Notes: generated by a model not told the origin, from the letters alone. DNA of 21,822 bases from Promethearchaeota archaeon (GCA_048941265.1 JBHLNT010000066.1:1-21822); one strand, 5' to 3'. Positions 9,188 to 18,341 are shown, counted from the stretch's first letter. A program made the numbers and translations.

Positions 9188-9451
9188 GTGATTAAAATAA
9201 CGCAATACCGATTTCGCCTCACGGGGGTACCCCCAGATCAGGCTATCAAGCTTATAGAAGTAGATCCTAATCAAGGAATCGCAGAAATTAAGAAATCTGT
9301 ACAAAGAGAATATAAACTTAATCCAATTTTAGCCATTCAGTTTATTTTTAAAGGAAAGGTGCTTCCGGATGATTTAAAATTTGCAAAGATCGGCATCCAT
9401 CCTAAGAAGGATGTTATTACAGTGATGGCTACTCAAGCCGGTGGCATCTAA
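9188..9451 (+). CDS. Ubiquitin-like protein with C-terminal GG plus one residue
   Basis: QFIFKGKVLPDD resembles ubiquitin RLIFAGKQLEDG; ends ATQAGGI; 87 aa; GTG start. Confidence 0.85.
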   Translation: MIKITQYRFRLTGVPPDQAIKLIEVDPNQGIAEIKKSVQREYKLNPILAIQFIFKGKVLPDDLKFAKIGIHPKKDVITVMATQAGGI

Positions 9452-9517
9452 AAGAATAATTTTAATAATTTTTTACTATTTTTTTATTTCTGTTATTTTA
9501 TTTAATATGGAAAAATC

Positions 9518-9525
9518 TTATATAA
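9518..9525 (+). promoter_or_regulatory. Putative TATA box for the HD-domain gene
   Basis: TTATATAA preceded by a purine-rich, BRE-like GGAAAAA. Confidence 0.45.
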
Positions 9526-9639
9526 CTATCTTGAGGAAGATAAAAGATTATACTTTATGATTCGCTCCAAGACATTTTCCAACACATAACCTTAAAATTC
9601 TGTGATTCGCCGGGAAAAGATATTTTTAATTCGAGCGAA

Positions 9640-10809
9640 ATGAAGAAACTTACTAAACTCCTTCCTGAATGGTCTAAATTAATTTATAAAGGTTTGGAAT
9701 ATGATGAAACTGAAACATTTCGAACTATTAGGCATGTATTTCGCTCTTTATGGACTTATTATGCTATTATGAATGGAAATTTTGAATCAAATGTTAAAAA
9801 AGGAAATATTAATTTGCTCCAGAAGGATTTAGAGAAAATTTTTCGCTTCCGGCCAGATTTTTTTCCTTTATTACTTTTATATCATGATATTGGACGTCCA
9901 TTTAACAGGGAATGGCACACTTTAGAATCAGCTAAAATTATTCAACAGGCAAAAGTGTTTCAGAGCTTTGATTTATCTCCGATACAAAATCTTATTCTCA
10001 CGGGAGTAATTAGGCATCATTTGCTCCCTGGAACAATTTTTACTGGAGAATCAAGTTATTTTGGAGCAATTTCTCTTTATAAAGATAAAAGCTTACGGGA
10101 TATATGGGCATCACACGAATATATTGATATTCTTTTCCATTCACTTATGGTTTTCACTATAATAGATATCTGGGGATATGATTATTCTAAAATTTTTGAC
10201 CATTATTTCTCACATTATAACCAAATCCGTGATAACTTGATTCGAGTATTTTCAAATGTGAATTCTATAGATAGGGGCAGAAATCAAATGAATCTTTATC
10301 AAGAATTTTCTAAAATTGACAAACTTAACTTAAAATGGCGTGTGGCGTGTGCTTTAAGAATTTTCCAATTTGTTAATACTCAATCGTATTTAACAGAAGA
10401 ATTTTATTTTACTAAAATTGATGAGGGATTAAATGCTAAAAATCAAAGTTGGGAAGAGTTTTCTAGCGGTTTAGGAAACGTACACAGTTTAGTTCAGTTT
10501 AAGTATGCTTTACCCCTTATGATGGTTCTCGCATCTGGAAATTTTGTCCGAAAACCATTTGATCCAGAGGAGAAAATAAATCCTAGAATCTTTGATTTTT
10601 GGCAAACGTGTACGAATATTGTGAAATCAAAACAATCTATTAAAAATACTCCCTCACTCTGGAACTTTATTTTCAACTTGCCTCGTGGATGGTTTTTTGA
10701 ATCAAAACATGTGAAATATGTATTAAGTGATAAATTTCTAAAGACAATTATACAAAGTACCGTTGAATTTGATTCTAAAATGGAAAGTTACCTGATAAAT
10801 ATTAGATAA
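9640..10809 (+). CDS. HD-domain protein of unknown substrate
   Basis: LLYHDIGRP...WHTLESAKI...IRHHLL...IIDIWG fits the HD...H...HH...D pattern. The frame is open upstream to 9544. Confidence 0.72.
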   Translation: MKKLTKLLPEWSKLIYKGLEYDETETFRTIRHVFRSLWTYYAIMNGNFESNVKKGNINLLQKDLEKIFRFRPDFFPLLLLYHDIGRPFNREWHTLESAKIIQQAKVFQSFDLSPIQNLILTGVIRHHLLPGTIFTGESSYFGAISLYKDKSLRDIWASHEYIDILFHSLMVFTIIDIWGYDYSKIFDHYFSHYNQIRDNLIRVFSNVNSIDRGRNQMNLYQEFSKIDKLNLKWRVACALRIFQFVNTQSYLTEEFYFTKIDEGLNAKNQSWEEFSSGLGNVHSLVQFKYALPLMMVLASGNFVRKPFDPEEKINPRIFDFWQTCTNIVKSKQSIKNTPSLWNFIFNLPRGWFFESKHVKYVLSDKFLKTIIQSTVEFDSKMESYLINIR

Positions 10810-10924
10810 AGAGGGAATTCTTACTCGAAATAAAGATTTAATTTATTTGGTATTAGATTCTAATTTTAAAATTAAGCAATTATTTATTAAAATAATATAA
10901 ATTAAAATCAAGTTAGTTTTCAAA

Positions 10925-12316
10925 ATGAAAATTGCCATATTAAATGGAAGTCCGAAGGGAGATCAAAGCGTTACCATGCAATATATATTATATATAAAGA
11001 AGAAAATTCCCAAACATGAGTATAAAATATTAAATGTGGCTCAACAAATAAAAAGACTTGAAAAAAACGATGAAGCATTTCAAGATATTTTAAATGAAAT
11101 CCAAAATGCAGATGCTATAATTTGGGGTTTTCCATTATATGTAATGGCTATAGCTTCCCAATTCAAACGGTTCATTGAACTTATTTTTGAGAAAAACGTT
11201 ATGAGCTATTTTAAAGATAAGTATACTATGTTATTGTTAACTTCGATTCACTTTTTTGATCACACTGCTAAAAACTATATGCATGGAATTTGCGACGATT
11301 TGGGAATGAAAGTTGTGGATTATTATTCAGCAGACAGTTGGGATTTATTATATCCTAAAAGAAGAGCAATGTGGCTAAAAATAGCTGAAAACTTTTTCGA
11401 AGCAATCGAAAACAAGATTCCAACTTCAAGACAATATCCCAGTATTAATCCTAGAGAATTTGAATATCATCCAGAAGGATTTAAAAATGGAGAAAAAAAA
11501 GTAAATCCAGGTCATAAAAAAGTTCTAATCATCACCGATTCTCAAGATGAGAGTGAAAATTTAGGAAAAATGATTAAAATATTTCAAACATGTTTTTCCC
11601 AAGAAATTGAAGTAATTAACATTTATGATATTGATATTTTGGGGGGATGTATAGGTTGTGGTAAGTGTGGATATAATCATGAATGCTCATATACCGGAAA
11701 AGACGGTTATCAGGAGTTTTGGGAAGAACATGTAATGAAAGCAGATATTTTAGTTTTTGCAGGGTCAATCAAAGATAGATTTTTATCATCAAGATGGAAA
11801 ATGGTATATGATAGAGCCTTTTATCAAACACACACTCCTACATTAATCGGAAAACAATTAGGCTTTATAATCTCTGGCCCCTTAAGCCAAATCCCAAATC
11901 TAAAAGAAATGATGCAAGCCCATGTGGAAATCCAAATGTCGAATCTTGGTGGTATTGTAACGGATGAATATGGAGATTCTGCAGAAATAGATGCACTTTT
12001 ATATGATTTGGCTCGACGATTAATTAAATTCGCAGATATAAACATAATAAAGCCACAAACATTTCTTGGAGTAGGAGGTTTTAAAATATTCAGAGATGAT
12101 GTATACGGTCGAAATCGTTTCGTTTTCTTAGCAGACCATAAATGGTATGAAGAACATGGAGTTTATGATTCATTCCCTCAAAATGATCAAAGAGCGATAG
12201 AAATGAATAAGAAATTGATCCCCTTAATCCAGATTGATAAAATCAGAAATAAAATGGACTTTAGGGAAGAATTTTTAAAACCTTTTAAGAAAGTAATAAC
12301 AGATCCTAATAAATAA
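10925..12316 (+). CDS. Two-domain NAD(P)H-dependent FMN reductase / iron-sulfur flavoprotein
   Basis: N-terminal MKIAILNGSPKG and FPLY; the second flavodoxin-like domain carries CxxCxxCx5C (CIGCGKCGYNHEC). Confidence 0.88.
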   Translation: MKIAILNGSPKGDQSVTMQYILYIKKKIPKHEYKILNVAQQIKRLEKNDEAFQDILNEIQNADAIIWGFPLYVMAIASQFKRFIELIFEKNVMSYFKDKYTMLLLTSIHFFDHTAKNYMHGICDDLGMKVVDYYSADSWDLLYPKRRAMWLKIAENFFEAIENKIPTSRQYPSINPREFEYHPEGFKNGEKKVNPGHKKVLIITDSQDESENLGKMIKIFQTCFSQEIEVINIYDIDILGGCIGCGKCGYNHECSYTGKDGYQEFWEEHVMKADILVFAGSIKDRFLSSRWKMVYDRAFYQTHTPTLIGKQLGFIISGPLSQIPNLKEMMQAHVEIQMSNLGGIVTDEYGDSAEIDALLYDLARRLIKFADINIIKPQTFLGVGGFKIFRDDVYGRNRFVFLADHKWYEEHGVYDSFPQNDQRAIEMNKKLIPLIQIDKIRNKMDFREEFLKPFKKVITDPNK

Positions 12317-12341
12317 AAAAAAATCGAAAATGGTTAGAAAA

Positions 12342-13736
12342 ATGAAAATTGCGGTATTAAATGGAAGTCCTAAAGGCGAAAATAGTTGCACTATGCAATA
12401 TATTTTTTATATTCAAAAAAAATTCCCTCAGCATGAGCTCAAAATCTTAAATGTAGCTCAACAAATTAAGAGACTTGAAAAAAGTGAAGAAAAATTTCAA
12501 TCGATTATTGAAGAAATTAAAGCTTCGGAGGGTGTTATATGGGCCTTTCCTTTATATGTAATGCTTGTTTCATACCAATATAAACGCTTTATTGAACTTA
12601 TTAATGAAAGAGAGGTTGGAGATGCCTTTAAGAATAAACATGCTGCATTACTATGCACATCAATTCATTTCTACGATCATACTGCAATCAATTACATAAA
12701 TGCTAATTGTAATGATTTAAAAATGAGATTTGTTGGATATCATTCAGCAAACATGTATGATTTGATGGAAGAAAAGCAAAGAAACAATTTAATTTCGTTT
12801 GCAGAAGATTTCTTTTCTTCAATTGAAGCCAACTCTCTTACTACAATAAGATTTCCTCCTCTCAAATTTCGAGAGTTCGAATACATCCCAAGTGAAGTTA
12901 ATAAAGATAAAGAAAAAATCGATGTTAATGGGAAGAAAATTCTTGTTTTAACTGATTCTACAGATGAGAATACAAATTTAGGCAAAATGATTCAATCATT
13001 TCGGAATTATTTTTCTAGTGATATTGAGACGATAAATATTTATGATATTGATATTAAAGGGGGATGCTTAGGATGTTGTCAGTGCGCGTATGATAATCAA
13101 TGTGTGTACAGGGATAAAGATGGATTTACAGAGTTTTTTAATACAAAATTAAGGACTCCCGATATTCTGATCTACGCTGGAACAATAAAAGATAGATATT
13201 TATCATCAAGATGGAAATTAATCCTTGATAGAAGCTTTTTTAATGGTCATACTCCAACAGCTGTAGGTAGACAAGTTGGGTATATTATCTCTGGTCCAGT
13301 AGGACAATTACCTAATATTCAACAAATATTCATGGCAATGGCTGAGATTTCAGATTCCAATCTGGTTGATATAATTACAGATGAGGATGGAGATTCTAAA
13401 CAAATCAATTCAAGGCTATATAATTTTGCTAAACGACTAGTAAAATTTTCAAATGCTAATTATATTAGACCTGGCACATTTCTGGCTGAAGGTGGTCGTA
13501 AATTATTCCGAGATGCAATTTATAAAATGCGCTTTCTTTTCCAAGCAGATCATAAGTATTATGAAGAACATGGATGGTATGACTTTCCACAAGAAGACAA
13601 GCAAGCTAAACAGATGAATGATATGCTTATTCCCCTGATAACTAAGAATGAAAAATTCAGAAAAAATTTCTATGCAAGAGCAACAACCGAAATGATTAAA
13701 CCATTACAAGCTATTGTAAAAAATCCTAAAAAATAA
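12342..13736 (+). CDS. Two-domain NAD(P)H-dependent FMN reductase / iron-sulfur flavoprotein (tandem paralogue)
   Basis: MKIAVLNGSPKG and CLGCCQCAYDNQC. ATG 12342 chosen by alignment with the paralogue; alternative start at 12330. Confidence 0.88.
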   Translation: MKIAVLNGSPKGENSCTMQYIFYIQKKFPQHELKILNVAQQIKRLEKSEEKFQSIIEEIKASEGVIWAFPLYVMLVSYQYKRFIELINEREVGDAFKNKHAALLCTSIHFYDHTAINYINANCNDLKMRFVGYHSANMYDLMEEKQRNNLISFAEDFFSSIEANSLTTIRFPPLKFREFEYIPSEVNKDKEKIDVNGKKILVLTDSTDENTNLGKMIQSFRNYFSSDIETINIYDIDIKGGCLGCCQCAYDNQCVYRDKDGFTEFFNTKLRTPDILIYAGTIKDRYLSSRWKLILDRSFFNGHTPTAVGRQVGYIISGPVGQLPNIQQIFMAMAEISDSNLVDIITDEDGDSKQINSRLYNFAKRLVKFSNANYIRPGTFLAEGGRKLFRDAIYKMRFLFQADHKYYEEHGWYDFPQEDKQAKQMNDMLIPLITKNEKFRKNFYARATTEMIKPLQAIVKNPKK

Positions 13737-13769
13737 AAGTCATTAATAGCAAAAAAATACGGGATTCTA

Positions 13770-13958
13770 ATGGTTTGGGGAGGGGCGTTTGATGAACAAG
13801 GATCTGATTATATCAGAAAACTCGTACAAGCAGAAAAAACCATTAAATTCTTAGAAAACTTAAAAGAAGAGGTAAATCTCGAAGAGAAACAATGCCTAAT
13901 AAAGACTATTGATATTATCGTGAACTATTTTTCAAAAAATAGAAGCGAAGAACCTTAA
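13770..13958 (+). CDS. Small hypothetical helical protein
   Basis: 62-aa ORF that fills the gap between flanking genes without overlap and looks amphipathic. No family recognised. Confidence 0.6.
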   Translation: MVWGGAFDEQGSDYIRKLVQAEKTIKFLENLKEEVNLEEKQCLIKTIDIIVNYFSKNRSEEP

Positions 13959-13963
13959 ATTAA

Positions 13964-14533
13964 TTACAATTTTTTTATTATTTCTTTAATGATTAAAATA
14001 ATATCATCAGCAACTCTTTTTATTGTATCGGTGAGCTGAAAGTCAAAAAACGGTAAATCTTCACTCTCATTTTTATCATCAATTGTAAACTCATCGCTCT
14101 TATACAAAGTTAGTTCTGTAAACCCTTCAAGGTTTTCTGGGACAATACCTATCATGAAAACTGATAACATGGGAAGTCTCTCAACAATTAAATCTACAAC
14201 TATATGGATTGGGATTGTATGAGTAGAAATAGGTACATAATCACTTATATTATCTCGTTCTAATATAGCGACGGTACCAGGGGGACCACTTAGTGTACAG
14301 GTATCTAAGATGACTAAGTGTGATGGATTAAATTCTACAATCTGATCAATTCTGGCCATTGGATCTATATTTGCGTTAATAAATAAATATCTTTCATCTG
14401 AATAATCTAACAGTTCGGTAATAATATAAGGCCCTACTCCATCATCACTTAATTTTTCTTCACCGATGCCCATGAACACGATTTTCGTTGCGCCATTTAA
14501 TCGGTTTAATAAATTTTCAAGCATTTCTTTCAT
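13964..14533 (-). CDS. hycI: Hydrogenase maturation endopeptidase (HycI-like)
   Basis: GIGE..LSDDGVG, PSHLVILD, GPPG and STHTIP motifs. Confidence 0.85.
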   Translation of the reverse strand: MKEMLENLLNRLNGATKIVFMGIGEEKLSDDGVGPYIITELLDYSDERYLFINANIDPMARIDQIVEFNPSHLVILDTCTLSGPPGTVAILERDNISDYVPISTHTIPIHIVVDLIVERLPMLSVFMIGIVPENLEGFTELTLYKSDEFTIDDKNESEDLPFFDFQLTDTIKRVADDIILIIKEIIKKL

Positions 14534-14631
14534 TGTTATGTTAGAGAAGAATAGAAATTAAATTAATATTTCTTCTTCGTCCAGAAAACGGTTAAATTCA
14601 TTAATTAGAGAAGATTTTAATTAAATAGGAA

Positions 14632-15228
14632 ATGACGGAAAAACCGATTGAAAAGAGTCAAATAGAAGGAATTATAGAAAACGATAAAGTTATTATTTCC
14701 GATAAAGAAGGAATAGAAGATTTCTATCTCACTTCATATATTGGAACACTAGAACAAAATTCTAATGGTCAAGATTTATTAATCTTAGAGCCAATGGAAG
14801 TACTTCTTTTATGCGAAAGGAGGAGAATACTTATATGGGAAGACAATGATAAAAATAAAAAACAATACGATTTCGAGAAACTATTAGAGTATTTTACACG
14901 TTATGATGAGAAATTGTGGCATAAATATATTATCTATATGGACTTAAGAAAAAGGGGCTACATTGTTCGAACGGGTTATGGCGACGGTATCGAATTTCGG
15001 GTGTTTAAAAGAGGAGCGAATTTTGAAGAAGATTCGGCGAAATATCTTATATATCCCGTATATGAAGGAAGCCCTATAGAACTAAAAGACTTAGATAGAA
15101 TATCGCGTGTTGCCATGAGTTCTAGAAAGGATCTTATTGTTGCTACGGTAGATAGATTAAGTAAACCTATTTATTATAGCGTTAAGAAATTTCAAATTTT
15201 AAACATAGAGGGTAGTGAAAGAAAATAA
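14632..15228 (+). CDS. endA: tRNA-intron endonuclease subunit (probably the non-catalytic, structural subunit)
   Basis: LEPMEVLLL, YMDLRKRGYIVRTG and RVAMSSRKDLIVATVD motifs. The catalytic Tyr and His positions appear substituted. Confidence 0.85.
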   Translation: MTEKPIEKSQIEGIIENDKVIISDKEGIEDFYLTSYIGTLEQNSNGQDLLILEPMEVLLLCERRRILIWEDNDKNKKQYDFEKLLEYFTRYDEKLWHKYIIYMDLRKRGYIVRTGYGDGIEFRVFKRGANFEEDSAKYLIYPVYEGSPIELKDLDRISRVAMSSRKDLIVATVDRLSKPIYYSVKKFQILNIEGSERK

Positions 15229-15229
15229 A

Positions 15230-16897
15230 ATGCCTGATAAATTTGCTTGTGATACTTCAGTTATCTTCAACGGTCAAATAATCAACCTAATTGAAGAAGG
15301 TGAATTAGGTGAAAAACCTGAAATTTGCATTTCAAATATAGTTCTAGCGGAAGTAGAATATAGGACAAATATTCAGAAAGAAATCGGATTTTTCGGATTA
15401 AATGTGTTAAAACACTTAAGGGAATTACATGATAAAGGAGAGATTATACTTCATATTGTAGGAAAACGCCCCACTAGGCAAGAAATCAAGATGGCTCCAG
15501 GGGGTGAGCTTGATGCTTTAATTCGGGAATCTGCGCGTGAAAATGAAGCAGTATTAATCACAGCAGACAGAATTCAAGGAGATGTAGGAAAATTTGAAGG
15601 TTTAGAAGTACTATTTGTATGGGAAAAAAAACCTAAAACAGAAATTTTGCCGCATTCTCTTAAATTGATCTCATACTTTGATGATGAGACGATGAGCGTT
15701 CATCTTAAACGAAATTTGCCTCCTTATGCTAAAAAAGGAAGGCCTGGAGATTGGCATCTGCAAAAAATTTCTGAAGATCCAATATCGACCCAATTAATTG
15801 AAGATATAGCGCTTGAAATTATTGAAAACGTCAGGGAAGATGAACATTCGTTTATAGAGATAGAAAAGGAAGGAGCTGTTGTAGCCCAACTTCGTGAATT
15901 TAGAATTGTTATTACGAGACCTCCTTTTTCTACAGATGTTGAAATCACCGCTGTGCGCCCTCTTGTAAATTTAACACTAAAGGATTATTCCATGGATAAA
16001 AGACTTAATAAAAGGCTCAATAAAGCAGAGGGAATACTCGTTGCAGGTTCTCCTGGAGCAGGTAAATCTACATTTTCCGCAGCTTTAGCAAACTATTATC
16101 TTGAACAAGATAAGGTGGTTAAAACACTAGAAAGCGTAAGAGATTTACAAGTAAGACCTGAAATTACACAATATACTAAATTAGAGGGAAATCTCGAAAA
16201 CTCAGCTGATGTTTTATTGCTTGTAAGACCAGACTTTACGATTTTCGATGAAGTTAGGACAACTAAAGACTTTGAGATATACTCAGATTTCCGTTTATCT
16301 GGCGTTGGGATGGTAGGGGTAGTTCATTCTTCTTCGGCAATTGACGCAATTCAAAGGTTTATCGGACGGATTGAGCTCGGAATGCTACCATCCATAATTG
16401 ACACCATAATTTTTATAGAAGGCGGCGATATTTCTTCAGTTTTAACATTAAAAATGACCGTAAAAGTCCCCCATGGATTTAGAGATAAAGATCTTGCAAG
16501 ACCGGTGGTAGAAGTTAGAAATTTTGATAATGGTCAACTTACCTTTGAAATTTATTCTTTTGGACAAGATGTCGTAATAAATCCAATCAATCCAATAAAA
16601 TCTAAGAGATTTGCGAAAGATTTTGATGTTTCCACGGATTTTATTCCACATAAACATGGTAAAACAAAAAAACAGAAAATTGAATTAAATGTTATTGTAA
16701 AAAAGGAAAAAGTTATTATACAAGCTGAAGCTGATTATGCGAGTCAAAATATAGAAGTATATGCAGATGAAAAACAGATATTTACAGGCTCATTGAGTAG
16801 AAAAAGCGAGATAAATCTTTCATTGTTAAATAAAGAGGGGAGAAGAATTCTTAAAGAATTAGATAGAAATAAACAAATTTATGGAAAAATTAAATAG
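15230..16897 (+). CDS. PINc/VapC-family ATPase (PINA, Holliday junction branch-migration ATPase family)
   Basis: PIN domain (DTSV...GELDALIR...TAD), ETMSVHLK, Walker A GSPGAGKST, Walker B TIFDEVR and GVVH...IDAIQRF. ATG 15230 lies 1 bp after the endA stop; alternative GTG at 15215. Confidence 0.92.
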   Translation: MPDKFACDTSVIFNGQIINLIEEGELGEKPEICISNIVLAEVEYRTNIQKEIGFFGLNVLKHLRELHDKGEIILHIVGKRPTRQEIKMAPGGELDALIRESARENEAVLITADRIQGDVGKFEGLEVLFVWEKKPKTEILPHSLKLISYFDDETMSVHLKRNLPPYAKKGRPGDWHLQKISEDPISTQLIEDIALEIIENVREDEHSFIEIEKEGAVVAQLREFRIVITRPPFSTDVEITAVRPLVNLTLKDYSMDKRLNKRLNKAEGILVAGSPGAGKSTFSAALANYYLEQDKVVKTLESVRDLQVRPEITQYTKLEGNLENSADVLLLVRPDFTIFDEVRTTKDFEIYSDFRLSGVGMVGVVHSSSAIDAIQRFIGRIELGMLPSIIDTIIFIEGGDISSVLTLKMTVKVPHGFRDKDLARPVVEVRNFDNGQLTFEIYSFGQDVVINPINPIKSKRFAKDFDVSTDFIPHKHGKTKKQKIELNVIVKKEKVIIQAEADYASQNIEVYADEKQIFTGSLSRKSEINLSLLNKEGRRILKELDRNKQIYGKIK

Positions 16898-17020
16898 GCA
16901 ATTATGTATAGAAATAATAAGAAAAATCGTTAAATTTGCCTTTTCTCAGTAATTAGAAACCTTTCAATATAAACAATAGAAAAAAATAAAAAGCAAATTA
17001 AAAAAAAAATAAATTTTGAG

Positions 17021-18256
17021 TTATTTAATTGATCTTTCTTCTTGAACCATTTCTAAAATTTTACCTTTAGTTTCATAGGGCTTTATTAAGAGGGTAATCA
17101 GAGGGATAATCATAAAAATTCCACCCCATATGAAAAATCCACCCATGGTGGGATACGCTATCAATAAAACAAATGCAATTAAAGGACCAATAACATATGC
17201 TCCACGAACTGCAGTGTAAGAAACGCCTACGGCGGTAGACCTGATTTTAGTTGGAAAAATTTCTGCAAAATAGACCATAATCCAAGCTAAAATAATCGGC
17301 ATGAATAAGTAAATCATAAAGAAAAAGAATGTTACACCCCCGGTAATTCCAAGTCCTATAAATCCAATTACAGACCCTGTACATCCAATAATCATCGTAC
17401 CGTTCCTCCCCACCTTTTCCATCAAAACCCCGGATAAGATAGCACCGACCATTGTAAGTAATGCTGCAACTGTGAGAATGCTACGAAATTGGGGTTCTGT
17501 CCAACCTTTGATGTTCATGTAGTAATATCCGCCCCAGCTTCGAATTAGAATATATGAAATTGTCCACATACTATATACAATCGTGCACATTATAACATAA
17601 ATTAGATCCGTCCTTTTCATATCTTTAAGTGCTTCTTTTAATTTAAGAAATCTAGATTCTCTTTTTTTGTGTTCAATCTCCCATCTCTGTGGTTCTTTCA
17701 TGAAATACCACATGACACAAAGTCCTAACATGAAGAAGAACCATAATCCATATGCCCAGCGCCACCCTACACTTGTCGCAATAGGGCCTGCGATAAATGC
17801 CCATATAGGTATTACACCTATAAGAAATGCGATACTTCCATACAGACCTCTCTTCGCAGGGGGCGATTCCTCAGCTACAGGAATTTCCCAGATATTTGAA
17901 AGAGTTCCTAATATGATAATTGAGTATAATATCATGAACCAATGGAAATTACCCTCAGTAGTAAAAACAATTAAAAGAGCAGGAACCCCTAATACTAACA
18001 TTAGAATTAACATCCCTTTTCTCCTGCCATATGCATCCGCTGCCCATGCTATAAGAAAAACTGCAAAAGTAATTATACCGTAAATTCCTTGCCAAAAGGC
18101 AAATTCTACAGCAGTTATTCTATAATCTTCAAGAATAAATGGTATGAGAGGACCCTCAATTTGAGATAAACTTTGATCAAGAAGACCGATAAGTCCCATA
18201 AATATTACAAGGAAAGCAACATATTTTCCCGACCTTTGTTCAAATTCTTCTGACAT
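17021..18256 (-). CDS. MFS transporter
   Basis: About 12 hydrophobic segments; motif A (ADAYGRR, MEKVGR), EESPPAKRG, GWRWAY, EIFPTKIRS and PYETKG. Confidence 0.93.
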   Translation of the reverse strand: MSEEFEQRSGKYVAFLVIFMGLIGLLDQSLSQIEGPLIPFILEDYRITAVEFAFWQGIYGIITFAVFLIAWAADAYGRRKGMLILMLVLGVPALLIVFTTEGNFHWFMILYSIIILGTLSNIWEIPVAEESPPAKRGLYGSIAFLIGVIPIWAFIAGPIATSVGWRWAYGLWFFFMLGLCVMWYFMKEPQRWEIEHKKRESRFLKLKEALKDMKRTDLIYVIMCTIVYSMWTISYILIRSWGGYYYMNIKGWTEPQFRSILTVAALLTMVGAILSGVLMEKVGRNGTMIIGCTGSVIGFIGLGITGGVTFFFFMIYLFMPIILAWIMVYFAEIFPTKIRSTAVGVSYTAVRGAYVIGPLIAFVLLIAYPTMGGFFIWGGIFMIIPLITLLIKPYETKGKILEMVQEERSIK

Positions 18257-18341
18257 TTTTGATCATTTTAATTTGTTTTTAATATAGATTTTCTATATAA
18301 ATATTGTATTATGGTCTTCTTTAAGATGTATAACTATTTAA

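Noticed and set aside
1776-9451. The E1-like gene and Ubl as a UBA5/UFM1 or complete ubiquitin operon
   Set aside because: They are ~6.7 kb apart with unrelated genes between, the E1 lacks the catalytic Cys, no E2 or E3 is present, and the Ubl ends in GG rather than UFM1's VG.
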